Source: Paragordius varius
Taxonomy: Eukaryota > Animalia > Nematomorpha
DNA length: 64,000 nucleotides
Reading direction: 5' to 3'
Assembly: GCA_964247055.1 (NCBI GenBank)
Contig: OZ176060.1
Location: 1,364,001-1,428,000 of the forward strand
Under the pieces are notes generated by a model that worked only from the letters and a program-made list of their open reading frames with translations, was not told the origin of the DNA and did not search any database. Made by a program: the position numbers and the translations under genes. This document shows positions 23,604 through 38,000 of the stretch, one piece after another (position 1 is the stretch's first letter; each line of letters starts with the position of its first letter).

Positions 23604-26056
23604 GCAGTTATATTTGATACCAAAAGCAGACGATTAATATTTAATCGTCTGCTTATTGAGCTTATACGGTAGATGTTTTAATATTAAGAAGAGTCCCATC
23701 TTGTCGTTAATTGAAAGGTGTCCCATTTAACAATATAATAAAGAGAGTTGATATGATACATAATCTAAAAATACAGACAGTGTAGTAGCCCATTATACTA
23801 TTGTTTTCGATTAAACCTTATTATAAGATTGGAAACATTGTTAAAATAAGATTAATAAAATGAAAAATTGGATTATTATTATTTTTCAGTAGTGAAAAAG
23901 TTTCTTTGAAATGAATATAGTTATGATAAGGTTTTTTTTATATTTTACAAATAGATGACAGTATGATTGGTGTTAATAATGCAAATGAAATAATATTTTG
24001 CCTTAGTTAAATGTGAGATTTTATAAATCCTATTCATTTAATAATAAATAAATAATATTAAATCAAAAATGGTTTATTCTTAATTCGGTGAATATCAAAT
24101 GCTATGTTATAATTTTAAAGCCTCTTATAAAATACAAAGTAAACATTTAGCCGACTAGAATTCAAAGAGTTATTATTTATCAATATTACACTAGAAAACA
24201 AAATTTAACTTTATTTAACTGCCATTCTTGTAAATGTACATAATTAGTATATCTGAAAAGAGAATTGGTCTAGCATTCAAGATTTTTTTAATATTAAGTT
24301 TATCGATAATTTTTAGCTCCAATTTAACATTAAACTCGAAATTTCGAAAATTAAAAGTTTTAGATATGAAGCCATGTATTTTATATCATTCGAAAGAGCG
24401 CAAAACACTGCATCTTAATAATGGTAATTTATTTATATCAATCGGATATAAAAGTTATTTGGATTTAAATGGTCGAAATTTCCAATCCTTAAATAAGTCT
24501 AGAATTTTCACAGACAAACTAATCTAAAAATCATATAAATTATTATAATATAATTATTAGGGTCATATTAGTATTTAATTTAAAAAAATGTTTGAAAAAG
24601 CTTTTGGTTTGCTTATTATTTTTATCATAAATATTTTACCTAGTGGATACTAAAATGCATAGTTACTCTATTATTACATAATGGCTAGAAAAGATAAATA
24701 TTACCTTAAACGTTGGTTTAATCTTTAAAATTTCGAAATAATCAGCCTAAATTATTATTGATGAGATGGTAATTTTTAAAAAACAAAATGGCTGTTTTGA
24801 GTGACATAAAAGAATAAATAAAATATTTCACACAAAAAAACTTTCTTGTGTTATCTTTTTTGGAAATTCATCACCAACTAAACAAAGTTTGAGCTATTTT
24901 CATCCATTAGTTATAAAGATATATTAATTAAAAAAATGTCGCTTCGCGCGTTTGTAGCTATCTGTGTCCAATAATAACTGTCGATGTAATACATTTTAGT
25001 ATACATTTTAAGTTTTTATTACTTTTTTATATTACAAATGGGCATTACTTGTATATTTTCATATAAAAACATTTTTTAGTAAAATTTTGATAAAGAGGGC
25101 GCATAATCAAAACTATTAAAAAATTAAAAATTCTTAGAAGGAGTTATAATTTTTATTTTAGACTGTTAAAAAGATACTAAATATCAAAAAATGCAAAAAA
25201 CTCGAGTGGCAGAAATGTTGTCTAGTGTTATAGATAAGAGCTCCTCTTACCCTATTATATTTCGGATTTATGTCCGTATAAAAAAAAATTTGTCCGTATA
25301 ATCGAAAATTTGTCCGTATAAAAAAAAATTTGTCCGTTAAAAAAAAATTTGTCCGTATAAAAAAAAATTTGTCCGCCAATTAAAAATTATAATCTTTTGA
25401 TTTTAACACTCTGTCTCTTATAAAAAAATTATGTCCGTTAGTTAAAAAATTCGTACGGATAATTACATATTTTACTGTATAACGTTTTTCAGTCAAAAGC
25501 AACATTTCAGCCAAATGCAACATTTTTCCAACCAAACGCAACAATATTTTTTGCAAGCAAACACAATATTTCAGCAAAAAACTCAAAAAATGATGACTTT
25601 GGATATAAAAATGCGTTTGCTAATGTTGTCTTAAAAAAAGTCGCTTTTGATTTTTTTTAAATTGGATAAATAAAACGCTTGATTACAAAAATGTTGAGTA
25701 ATTCGCTTAGGGTTTTTGTACTAAAAATTAATAAATCTACACATTTCTCATTTTATATCAGTAGAAAAATTAAAAGTGAAACTACTATTACAAACGTAAC
25801 CTTAAAAAAATTATACTGTTTTCAAATTAAACCCCATTAAAAATATCACCTGCTCCTGGTGTTAGCAATCCTATAATAAAATAGGTTAACAGGGTGGCGG
25901 GCTTAAAGAACCTGAGTGTGCAAAAATGATACGAGCGTGTCTGTGGTTTGGATATACTTGTAAAAAATGCCTCCACTTCTATATAAAAAGTTTTTAAAAT
26001 TAATACTAAACTGATTCTAAAATAATTCTTTGTTGTTTGTTCTATTATATTGAAAT

Positions 26057-29000
26057 ATGATTGTTCTAAAAATGTTATATCTTATAATTTTTTGGGCAAT
26101 AAATGTTGTACGAGCATTAAGTTACAATAAATAATTATTATAGATATACAACCAAGATTTATATGCTTTGGAAAACAATGTAATATTTCAAAAGTGTTAT
26201 TTGACAATAAACCCGAAACCTATATACAAATTAACAATCGTTTCTCCAATTCCGATAAGCGTTTTGCAATTATAATGCCTTTGGAAAATTTATATTTTAT
26301 ATATAAAGTTGTTATTAATCAGCCATCGATTATAAAAGGTAATTTTTAACGAAATCTATTTTTTAGGTTTGGAGGAATATACTACTTCTGTTTTTGCTAG
26401 CAACTATTATACCCCTTTTTATTCCGAAATATGCGGGGAAAAATTAATAAACAATACAAATAAATTCGAAGTAATTTGTTCAAAAGTAACAAGTGGAATA
26501 TATCTATTTTTGTTTTGTGATAAAAATATATATATTAATGAAATGGAGATAATTGGTGATGTTTATCGAACAGCTAGTATGAATACCTATATTTTTAGTT
26601 AATATTGCAAAATCGAAACCGTCCGGTGTTAAATCTCGTTTTTCTTCAGAGATTTCCTATAAATTGGTGGATGGAATAAAAAGCCTAAAAGATATTAAAA
26701 ATCTTTGTGCTTTTTCTGAAAGCGATTCATCTCCTTGGATGTATGTAGATTTAGTCTCTGTTTATTATGTTGAAACTGTTTTTATATACAAACCCGTGGA
26801 GAAACAGGGTAATCTAAACATAACCTTTTTAATTTACTTAATAACTTTGTTGGAGCTATGCATATAATATTTTTACATTTAAAAATTTGGCATCACTATA
26901 TGGTATTTTGTAAAAAAGGAAGCTTAAAGATTTTCACTTTAATGTACATTTAGTAATTAACAAAAATATATTTAAAAACGCTTTAATCATTTAAAACAAG
27001 CGGCTCATCAGCGTATTACTATAATGAGAGATTATTTATGGTTAACAATATATAAATTTTATAATATGATTTTAAAAACGAAGGTATGGGAAATTTCCGT
27101 TTTTATGACTTAAAACAATAATCATATTAATATTTTTCTAATTTACCTTAATCCACTTTTATCCTTTTTAATTTGCTAAGTTCAGTTAGATAATCATAGT
27201 AAGTTTTTGTACAACCTGCAAAAATTTTATTAACTACTAAATAACTATATCTGTTGTTGATTAATTCAAATTTATTAAATTTATACTCTAAAAACATTAA
27301 GGTGTGTGTTGATTTACATTGGTATATCATTTGTTTTGAACAAAACCAAATATTCCTTATAGGGTATATATTTTTTTGGCTATAAAGAAATAGAATTATC
27401 TACAATATACCAACTACCTAGAACACTGTGTGGCCATGATCCAAATACATTGATGAATCATACATCATTCGATAGTTAAAATTTTCGGATAATGAATATC
27501 AAAATGTATATGCGATTAAGATATTAAAAAAATTCATTTGAATATGAGTCTAAATAATAAAACGCATTTTTAACCCACATTAAGTCGATCAAATACAATA
27601 GAAACACGTCAACTAAATTTTATTTGTTTAATACAGCATAAGGATGTTCTAAACGCAAAATTTCATGAGTAAAGATTTACATTTTTTCCGAATTAGAAAG
27701 ACTTACAAAACTATAAGGTAAACTTTGGTGTCAAATTTGGATCATAAAAACTTGTTAATATGCAGTAAAAGTTTATAATTTGTATTATGACAATCAAACT
27801 TTATCTATATACAGTGTTTACACAATATATCGCATTCAACAAAAATTTAAGCCCCATATAAAAAAAATTTTTTTCAATAATATCACCAAAGCGGGCTGCC
27901 AATTTTTTCAAAACCAATATATATATATATATATATATAATTGAGCCAATACGCATTATATATTGTGAAAATTATTTAAAATTAGGCTGAATAATTATCT
28001 TTTCCATACAATTCAACGCAGAAAAAAGATTTATCGAATTTATTCTAAATTTAGGGATTTTTGCCCTAAAGCTGCTACTAAAAGCCAAAATGGCGCTTAA
28101 AATATATAATCAAAAATTTCGGGTTAAGAATTCCTTAAATCAAAAATTTGAGATATAGATCTTTTTTTCAAGGAAAAAGTATTTAATTTTGTAAAAATTA
28201 TCCATAGCTTCGGCTTTGGTGCATCATCTAAAAATTTTCTTTTTTATATAAGGTTTAATTTTTTGAAGGAAATACATTAGATTATCTCTATATATAGAGT
28301 TAATATATGATGTTCTTAAAATTAAAAGCTATTACCTCATATTAACAAGTTTTTATGATTCAATTTTAACGCCAAATTAAGATTTACTTATAATCTTGAA
28401 ATCTTTGTGGGACTCTGGAAAAAATGTAAAGGTTTTGTTGATATTGCGTTTACATATGCTATATTAAAACAAATAAAATTTATTTGACACGTATTTATCT
28501 ATTACATTAATTTTCTTTGGCCTAATATGGGATAAAAATGCAATTTTTAATTTTTGTATATATCAAAAATATTTGAATAACATTTCTAGTATTTTAACCG
28601 CATATATCATTTCTATATTCATTATAAAGCTTTTAGCTATCGAATGATATATTATTCATTAACATTTATTTTTCGTTGCGCACCATGAAATAATAAAAAG
28701 TCTTATTTTTTATCACCAAAGCTTTGCTGCTATTCTCGCATTTTTAAAAAAGTTATAAATAAACAGCGTAAATATCAATTTTGTATGTGAGAGTTTATAT
28801 TTAATAAAACAAACAATTGGTCAGATGAAATAAAGCTTTTGCAAAAAAAAGAATATTATTATAGAACCGGCATGTAATGACCTTTATATTACGGAAAGTT
28901 AAGCCTAAATCTTATGCAAAACTAGAAAAGGAAATAGAAGATATTTATACAATCATAGTGATTGGTTTTATTAGCACCTGTTAGCATTTAATTCAAACAT

Positions 29001-32000
29001 ATCATTCTGTGGTTAATTTTTATCTTTTGTAATATTAATCTCTCTCGTTGTATATAATATGTTTGTTTAAATCATGCTTAGTTTGGAAGAAGAAAATTAC
29101 ATTTCCGATACTAGATCCTTTTTATATAGGTAATTTTATTATGCTTTTCTCAAACAAACTCTAATTTGTATTCTACTCTCCAAATTTTAACAACAAAAGG
29201 ACTCTCTCAAATTGTAAATATGAAGTAGTGTTGTATTTTGCAATCACGTTAGGACTTAATTTATCTGAAGCCCATCCGTTTTAATTGTTTTGGCATGGTC
29301 GGCGGATTTGTTGGGTTAAGAATAACGGCCAATAAGATATTTATGAATAAAAACTCTTTACAGCTAACAAAACCCTTACGTCCTCCAAATCTATTTATCC
29401 ATCAACTACTGAAAATGTGCGTTCTATAATCATTTAAAAAATTTTCTATCCACCTGTTTTTTATACAATTAAAAAGAACTTCTGCCAGCTGAAGAATCTA
29501 CATATTTCTACACTTTATAAGCTATTATCCATTTTGTGAAAAAGGCTGTGTTTTGTTAATACTATCGTTTCAATTATTGTAAGCATTCCCATCAGGCAAT
29601 AATTCTAACCTTTACTGTTTCATATTATGATGATGATTAAATCCTTACATGTTTGCTATTCAAAGATAGTTTATCACTTTCGTCCGAATCTTGGGCTACA
29701 CTTATTATTAACAAATAGAATCTTTATCAGGTACTTGACTTGCATCTTAAATCTGATAACTGGGGACGACAAAGCAAAATCAATGGTAAATTTATTATAT
29801 ATATCGTATTGTATACTATATATATATATATATATATCTAAGATAATTAGGTCTAATGTATTCACATATATCAAGGTAAGATGTTTGCTTTTATACAACT
29901 AACTCAAGGTATAATAATAATAGTCACAGGTGGTGGTGATGTTATAATAATAATATAATAATACTACACACATAATTTAAGAGGTTAATATAATAATATA
30001 TAACGAATGTTGTTTGTGCGGTTAATCTAATAGTGTAATAAAAGATTTATTCAAATTAGCCTGTCAGTTACTACTCTAACATCACTACCCCCTCCTAACG
30101 AAAGCGGGCAGGTTTCTGACGACTTCTTGTCGGGTACCGTCGTTCTTGTGTTTTAGCGAGGAACTGGTTGTCGCAGATTCCTGGGTATCATTATTTGGAC
30201 TTTCGGCTGTCGGAGTAATTGGTTCGATTTCGTCCCTTGCATTGATCGTGTTTGGTTGCGTTTCCGCGATTGTTCCATCATCCGTGGCAATGGTTACCTC
30301 CTCCTCATTTGTGTTGCTGGAAGTGGTCAGCTGTGGTTGTTGTACTATTTGGTCAGCGTGTTTCCTCACAACTTGTCTCGGTCCTTGTCCCACACCTTCT
30401 ATGAAAGCAGCCCTGTACGGTCCGTAATCTCTCCAGCGCGCTACCTTGGACCTAATTCATTTTTACTCATTACCTGGTCAGTAATGGCATCGGGGGGCCG
30501 GTGCATCTAGCAATTTCGCCCTACTGTTTAACCAGGTTAAGGGGGTATGGGGAGTACGCTTGAACATTAACTGGGCCGGGGTTTCTTTCGTTGTTGAGTG
30601 TATAGAATTTCTATACGCCCATAAGCTAATGTTAAACGCTTCGCGGGTGGATATCACATTATTTTTTATTCTTTTGTTGTTTTTTATTGTACCTACTAAC
30701 CTTTCTACCATCCCATTACTCTTAGGATGGTAAGGGGTAACCTTAATATGTTTCACCCCTAACGTACTTAAGGTTGACGTAAAATACTCATTACTGAAAT
30801 ACGAAACGTTATCGCTAACGATCTCTCTTGCAAAGCCAAACTTTGCAAAGGTTTCTTCTATTTTGTGGATAATATTCGCTGCGGTTACCTTTTTCAAAAT
30901 AAATTTTTCTGCCCATTTCGAGGCACTATCAATTATCAACAACCAATAAAAACCATCTACCGGTCCGGCGATATCAATATGCAAACGTTCCCATACAGCA
31001 ACATTATGATCTTACTGATACGTGGAATTCTGAGTAACATTCGGCCTACTACGTTGGCACGATTCGCAATGACTACTACTGGCTTTTACCAGGTCATTTT
31101 CTAATTTTGGCCAATAACACGTAAATCTGGCCATCGCTTTCATGGTCTCTACGTTGTTATGACCGCTGTTAGGTATCTCACCACCTCTTTTTGGAGGGGC
31201 TTCGGAATTACAATCCGATCATTTAAACTTTATAAACCATATAGATATGCCAACTCGTCCTTACGGTTTACAAACTTTTCTAATTCTGGAGAACTCCAGT
31301 CATGGTTGTTTAACGCTTTAATTACTTTTTGTAACACTGGATCTAATGCGGTTTCTTTTCGAATTTCATCTCTGCTTAACCGCACGTTATGACAATTCAA
31401 AAATCTCAAACATCTAACCGCATAATCTACATCATAGGCAACGATCTCGTCAATCGGCCATCTCGATAAATAATCAGCTCTATTTTGAGCCTCTTTTTGT
31501 GACTTATTTCAAAGTCGTATTCATTTATCATATTAATCCACCTTATTTTGATCTCTATTTATTAACAATACTAAAGGTAATTATAAATTTTCTACCATAT
31601 AGGAAACTATGAAACTTACGTAACGTAAATAATATTGCTTTTAATTCCTTTCAGCGTTGCTACATTTTTGTGAGGCATACGCTATCGGTATCCTTTCACT
31701 ATTAACTTCATGACTTAAAATACACCCGAAACCTATATCTGACGCATGAGTTTCTATTATCAATTTCCTATTCGGATTAGGGGTAATGATAACTGGGGAC
31801 GACAAAGTAAAGTCAATGGTAAATTTATTATATATATCGTATTGTATAATGATCTATCTATGTATATATATATATATATATATATAAGATAATTAGGCCT
31901 AATGTATTCACATATATCAAGGTGAGATGTTTGCTTTTATACAATTAACTCAAGGTATAATAATAATAGTCACACGTGGTTATAATAATATAATAATACT

Positions 32001-35000
32001 ACACAGATAATAGATTAATATAATAATATATAACGAATGTTGTTTGTGCGGTTAATCTAATCGTGTAACAAAACATTTATTAAAATTAGCCTGTCAGTTA
32101 CCACTCTAACAAACCAGATAACTTCTATAATATTCGCTTTTACAAAATTGCCAAACTATGAAATTTCGTTAGTTGATATTTTATATTTTCCAGTAACCAG
32201 GGGGGTTTGTCGTTTATAATATATTTTGTTTTCTGCCAGTACAATTAAGTTCTTTATTGGTTTAGAATTGATTTTATATTTTCCTTATGTAATACTTTTG
32301 AATAATCATGCATATTATGTAAGAGTCAGTAGGGGGGAAACTGCAACCTTATAGGTGCGTTCAAACCAATTGAGGGATTTTTTAAGCGTCCAAATGTACC
32401 ATTTACAATTCGAATTCCTCGAACAATTTAAGTTCAATTTTAAAATAAATTATGTGTTTCCTGGCTATTATAACTCATTATTAATCAATATATTTATAAA
32501 AATGAATGATGCTGGCTTTGTGATCTGTTGGAAAACCGGTAGACCCATTCCAATCCAAATATCGAAAAATTATAATCATTGATGAACCCGACAATAGCTT
32601 CGCCCTTTTTTTGAATTAGACCCCAGTTTGGGCTCACCCCATGTGAAAAACGGGTTTTTTGAAAACAGAAGTCCACAAAAATCGTTTCTTTGAAACAATT
32701 TTCTGGAGAACGTGTTGGACCATTCAATTTTAAATATGATTGTTTACTTATTTTTGATTGCGCCGAACATAGTCGGCTCGCTTTTTTGTTTTAGGCCCTA
32801 CCCGCTCCCCCCGTAAAATGCCATTTTTTTAAAAAACAAAGTCCACAAAAATAATTTTTTGAATCTATTTTTCGCCCAAGTAAACAATATATTAGTATGA
32901 ATGCACTGTTTTGACATTCCTATGAGATCATAGCTATTAAATAATGTTTGGAAATATTCACATATGTGGATCATTTTATTAACCCTTTTTTCAAATAGCC
33001 CCCCCCCCCCCTTCCCCCAGAAGTCCGAAAGACGTCCTCGGGCTGCGTAGCAGCACGAGATTTACGCTAATGTTTGGTAATTTTTTTAATCGTATGAACA
33101 AGTAGGAAATCTTAAGAAATTAATTTGATGATCAAGGCTTTAAACAATTTAAAACCTTATTTAATACAATGTCAATACTAAATTTAAATTACTGTAAATA
33201 TAACAATATTAATGAGCTATAGACCATTATCTCCATAATTGTCGTAAATTTATTTCGATTGCCTAACGAATTTGTTGTTTTATAAGAGATATTTGATATT
33301 TTGATAAATCCTTTTTTATAATATGGTGGTTATCTGCTAAGATATATATACCTAATAGGTATTATTATTGCGCATTTATAGGTTGTTTATCTGGCAATCC
33401 ATTATGTGAGCCCGGATCTTAATATTCTGACGAATTAAAACTTTTATAAAAAAATTTTGTATTGAAATTTTTCTGTAGCAGTATAAGCCTTGGCCATTAT
33501 TACTACTGTTGTTTGGAGGTTTAGCGTGTATTTCATCAATAAGTTTGGATGCAAAGCCATTTTGATTAAAATCTTTTGTTTTTAAATCGGAGCAATGTTC
33601 GGCATATGAGGGCTCAGATTGATTTTTAGCAGGATGGTAATGGAAAAAGCGCGTTGATACAAGTTTGTAATAATAGTTTACGGAAGATTGTAGGATCTCA
33701 TCAATCTAAAAATATTGACCAATTATTATATTCTATTGTTAATGTTGGAATCACACATATAATTTGAAAAACTAATAGTTTACGTAGTCATATGACAAAG
33801 ACTTTTAATGTATAAACGACGAACTATAAATCTTTTAAAACCTTCCATGGATTTATCTGCGAGAGTTTCATATCTTAATGTTTTTAATAGCAGGATAGAT
33901 TAGGTTTGTACTATTTTATATGATTATTTATGAATGCGGATCCGCTAAGTCTAAAAAGTTTGAAAGCAAGTAGATAAAAATTGTAAAAATTACCCCTAAA
34001 TCGGTTTTTATGCGAGTTTTACGACAAAAGATCATAGAGAAAAAGTCAAAAAGTTGATTAAGCAGTTAATAGTTAATTAAATGAGATAAATTAGGTAGCG
34101 AAAAGAAGGCGTTTTAAGAACTGGTGCAGTGTGTTTATAATCAAAGAGGAACATATATTAATTACAGCTGTTAAGAGGCAAGATTGTGGGTTAAAAAATG
34201 GAAATCCACAAGTTCATATATCATTTATTAGAATATAGCCGATTTTAATATTTGTTTGCATTCATTAATAAATTTTAGTTTTATTCTTTTGCAATAAATG
34301 GTAATTAACACTTAATTACAAATTATATTATGAATTTGTAAGATTAATACCGCTATATTTATGCGATAAATGATTGTGTATCAGATAATTAAAGTTGATG
34401 TAAATGATAAAATTATATAAATAAAATTTCCGCAAATTTTATATATCCTGCCTGCGTTGACCATGCCGGTTATACAAAACGTCTTGGGTAAGTCTGTTTA
34501 TTGTTGTTTATCGAATAAATTCTGATAAACTTATGTCTTTATGATACATCCTTTGAAAATATTTAAATCATTTCTTTATATTTTTAGAAAGTGGATATAA
34601 GGATGGGGTGGTGCGTGTCGGATTAATAAAACCGAAAAATGAATACAATGATAACTATAAAAATAAAATTTGTGGCTTTTGGTATGATGAACCAATTACT
34701 GATGCTGCCCTTATTATTGTGGAATGTAAAACAAAATATTCAAGTTAAACAAAATTTAATTTTAGGCAATGCCAGTTACGATAATTCCGATTTAGTTATA
34801 TTGAAGTCGGGATATGTATTTTATGATGTTAACATTCCCACTTTACGTATTTACATTATAAATATGTATTTAGATAAAGATTTTAAATGGAAATTACAAC
34901 CAATAATAGGTCAATTTGTAACATTGGAAATTAAAAATGATCATTATTTAAATGTTTTGAAGATATGTGAGATAGAAGTTTTTGGAAAAATATTTATTGG

Positions 35001-38000
35001 CAATGACAGTATATTAAGAATGAATTTTAGAATTGATAAATATTACCAAATCGGAAACAAGAGTGGATACTTTTTATCCACCTATTTTGGCGAACGATGA
35101 AATCTATTCAATAGAAAATTGTTTTTACGTAATATGTGCCAATCCCATTTGGATATGTCAATTTGAATTCATTTATTACATTGAATCAATGATGATTCTA
35201 AAGGGTGTTAGAGATTACAAATGTAAATTTTAGAAAAATACAGTAAAAATTGAAATTATTCGGACAATGTAAAAATATGCAAACAATTTTTCAAAAGACG
35301 ACCATACCTTAAATCCTAATAATTGCAAAATACATATTATTTTGTTAACATCTCTTTTTTATACTTTGCAAGTATGGTCTTAGAAAAAAATTGCCTTTTT
35401 GTGACGTTTTCTCCGTATAATTTCAATTCTTAATAGATAGAAACATTATAGATTTATTCAAGAGAGTTACTTCGCCTTTCGAAAATAAAATGTGCATTTA
35501 TGGCATTATAGGGGCATATTTTTTAATAATATTTTTAAATCATAAAATATTGATCCTATCTCTCCGTTAAATATTTTTATTTAATTATGGCTTGCATTAG
35601 TCGCATAAAAATACTAGGATTAGTAAATTATTTATTAAGTTAATATCTTAGGTTTAACAAATTAATAATATTATTAATTTTAAAATGATGTTTTGATTTT
35701 AATAATTTTTTATTCATTAACTCTAGATTGCAAAACTATACAACCGTTAGTTTTTAGCCCATAAGAATAACGTCAATTAATATTTTAAAAGCATCTTTAA
35801 TAGATATAAAGTCACCCTGATTATTATTAAAATGACTCCCTATGAATTTCATGTAGACTCTAAATCATTTTTATAAATATTATTTTCTAACTTGTTTCCT
35901 GTATTAATACTGTCTTTAAATGTCAATTTTATTTTATAAAATGACCAGGGCATTGTAAGCTCAGCCCAGTACAAAATGCAATTTTTTTTACATGAAATTT
36001 AGGGATCTGTTTTCCGATGAATCTTTTACTTATTAGCCTAATGAAAGTACCGAAGAAAAGTGTTAAAAAAACATTAAACACGGCTATATAGGATAGTGCA
36101 CACACACAATATTTTTAAATAGGTTTGGCTTTAAATTTTAAACATCTAAATAATTTGGCAGGACCTACGAGTCATCTAAAAAGTAAATTTCCAATTTCGT
36201 AGTTCCATATCTGAGGGTCGTAAAATTAGCGTTATTGAATAAAATGAAAATCTTAAATCAACATATCTCTATAAAATAGGCTAGTCTTAAAATAAACGAA
36301 AAAATGCCAAACGCGATAATTTTGTTAATAGTATCAACAAAATTTTAATCTTAAAAATTAGAAATCTGTAACATGTTAATGCGTATTTTAAGGTGTTTGA
36401 AGATACATAAAATTTAATAACATAATAACATTAATCGCTGATACTATTACCACCTTTATTGCTTTTTCGCTTCATATATTTAAAAATATTAATCAGGTGT
36501 ATTTTTTGTGTAAAAAACAGAAATGATACAGGATCAAATTAACAAAGAACCTTTACTTAAAAAATATACTGTAGGTAAAACAGTTTATGTTCAATATAGC
36601 CAATTATTATTTAAGATTTGAATAGTAGAACAAGGATATTTATTTGTAATATTATTATTACAGTAGCGTATGTAAGATTGTTAGTGCAAAATAGAATAAA
36701 AAACATTTTTTTAAAAAAAACATGGGGATATTATAAATAGTTAGTCATACACTAACATACATCTCTATTTTATCGTATTATACTCTATTGTTAACTATAG
36801 GCTTCTGTTATTTACCTAATTAGTACCATGAAATGAAAATTCCAAATTTTTTATCAGAAATCTGGGATTTTATGTCTCACTATTATTTTTTCATTTTTCT
36901 ATCGCAATTTAAAAAACCAAATGCGCACATTTTACATATACCAAGATTGTCACGTAATTTTGTATACACTCTCATACAGTAGCGTATGCAGTAAAAGATT
37001 GTTAGTGCAAAATAATCTTAATGAACACAAAACAGGGGGACAATTTTCATATATGAATTATCATTTAGTCCTATTTATAAACATATCCATAATATCCCCC
37101 TGTTTTGTGTTCATTAAAATTATTTTGCACTAATCTTTTACTCCATACGCTACTGTAATATCTTTTTATTCTATTTTGCACAACAATCTCTTACTCCATA
37201 CGCTACTGTATATTATTTTTTATTTAATAAAAATACATTTGAGTATTGAGCCACCATTTAAATATATTTTTAAATTTTATTTTGAATTATACAAGAACCA
37301 TTTATTTTAATTTGAATCAATTTGTTTAATATTATCACTATTTTAAATGAAAAAATATAATCCATATTATAGGGAACTATGTTACAGTATTGGTGGGCTT
37401 TAATAATAATGGTTTAAATAATGTTTGCACAAAGATTTTCGATTCCACGAAAGGCGAATCGATTTTCATAAAATGTGAGTATATTTCAAAAGGAAACTAT
37501 GTAGCACTATCTAAGGAAACAACGCAGAATTCAGAAGAAACATTAGAGCTCTGTGAAATTAAAATATTTGGTATACTGGACCAAAAATATAAAGGTAAAT
37601 ATTATATGTAAATATAGAAAATATTGCGTTCAATAATAAGCTTAAAGTTTCAACGTCTACACCTGCAAAAGATTTACCGGATTATTTGGATACAATACCA
37701 AAAGAAAATTTAGCAGTAGATGGATTCTACCGTGATTACCTCCTTTCCCCAAATTTTATTCCAAAATGCTATCAGTTTCAGGATGTATCGGTTACATGGA
37801 TGCTTGAACTAAATCTTTATTTGAAAATTTCAATGATCGTTATTAATGGTGTTGTTGATATAGGTTTGATTTTTTTTAAAGTAAGGATCCAAAATAATTA
37901 CATACTCGTTAAAGTATGGACCAACCAAAGAATCACTGCAAATTTATAACATATTCACGACTATAAGTATAAGTGATATTCCTATTGAAGTAATTTTTTT

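Larger units (their letters stand above)
17092..25477. mobile_element. 8,386-bp palindromic IS630/Tc1/mariner transposon: arms 17092-21154 and 21415-25477 (4,063 bp each), 260-bp unique spacer
   Basis: All paired ORFs mirror with coordinate sum 42569. Termini CAGT...ACTG flanked by TA (17090-17091, 25478-25479); symmetry stops within 2 bp beyond the TA; one identical transposase in each arm. Confidence 0.92.

Noticed and set aside
17092-25477. Bacterial IS630 composite transposon or contaminant
   Set aside because: Embedded in intron-rich eukaryotic DNA with matching AT content, shares a module with a host repeat at 45 kb, and the inner arm ends lack terminal repeats. Ancient horizontal origin is not excluded.
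29050-29700. pogo/Tigger-like remnant (FSS*WINRFGGRKG)
   Set aside because: Only one degenerate CENP-B-like motif and no catalytic motifs or termini found; too weak to annotate.
30146-30510. Plus-strand ORFs 30146-30427 and 30256-30510
   Set aside because: Antisense shadows of the GC-richer Gypsy integrase tail.
34440-34490. Extra exon or alternative start before 34588 (GTAAGT donor)
   Set aside because: Upstream frames hit stops without an AG acceptor; exon 26599-26808 already joins 34588 in phase and completes the domain.
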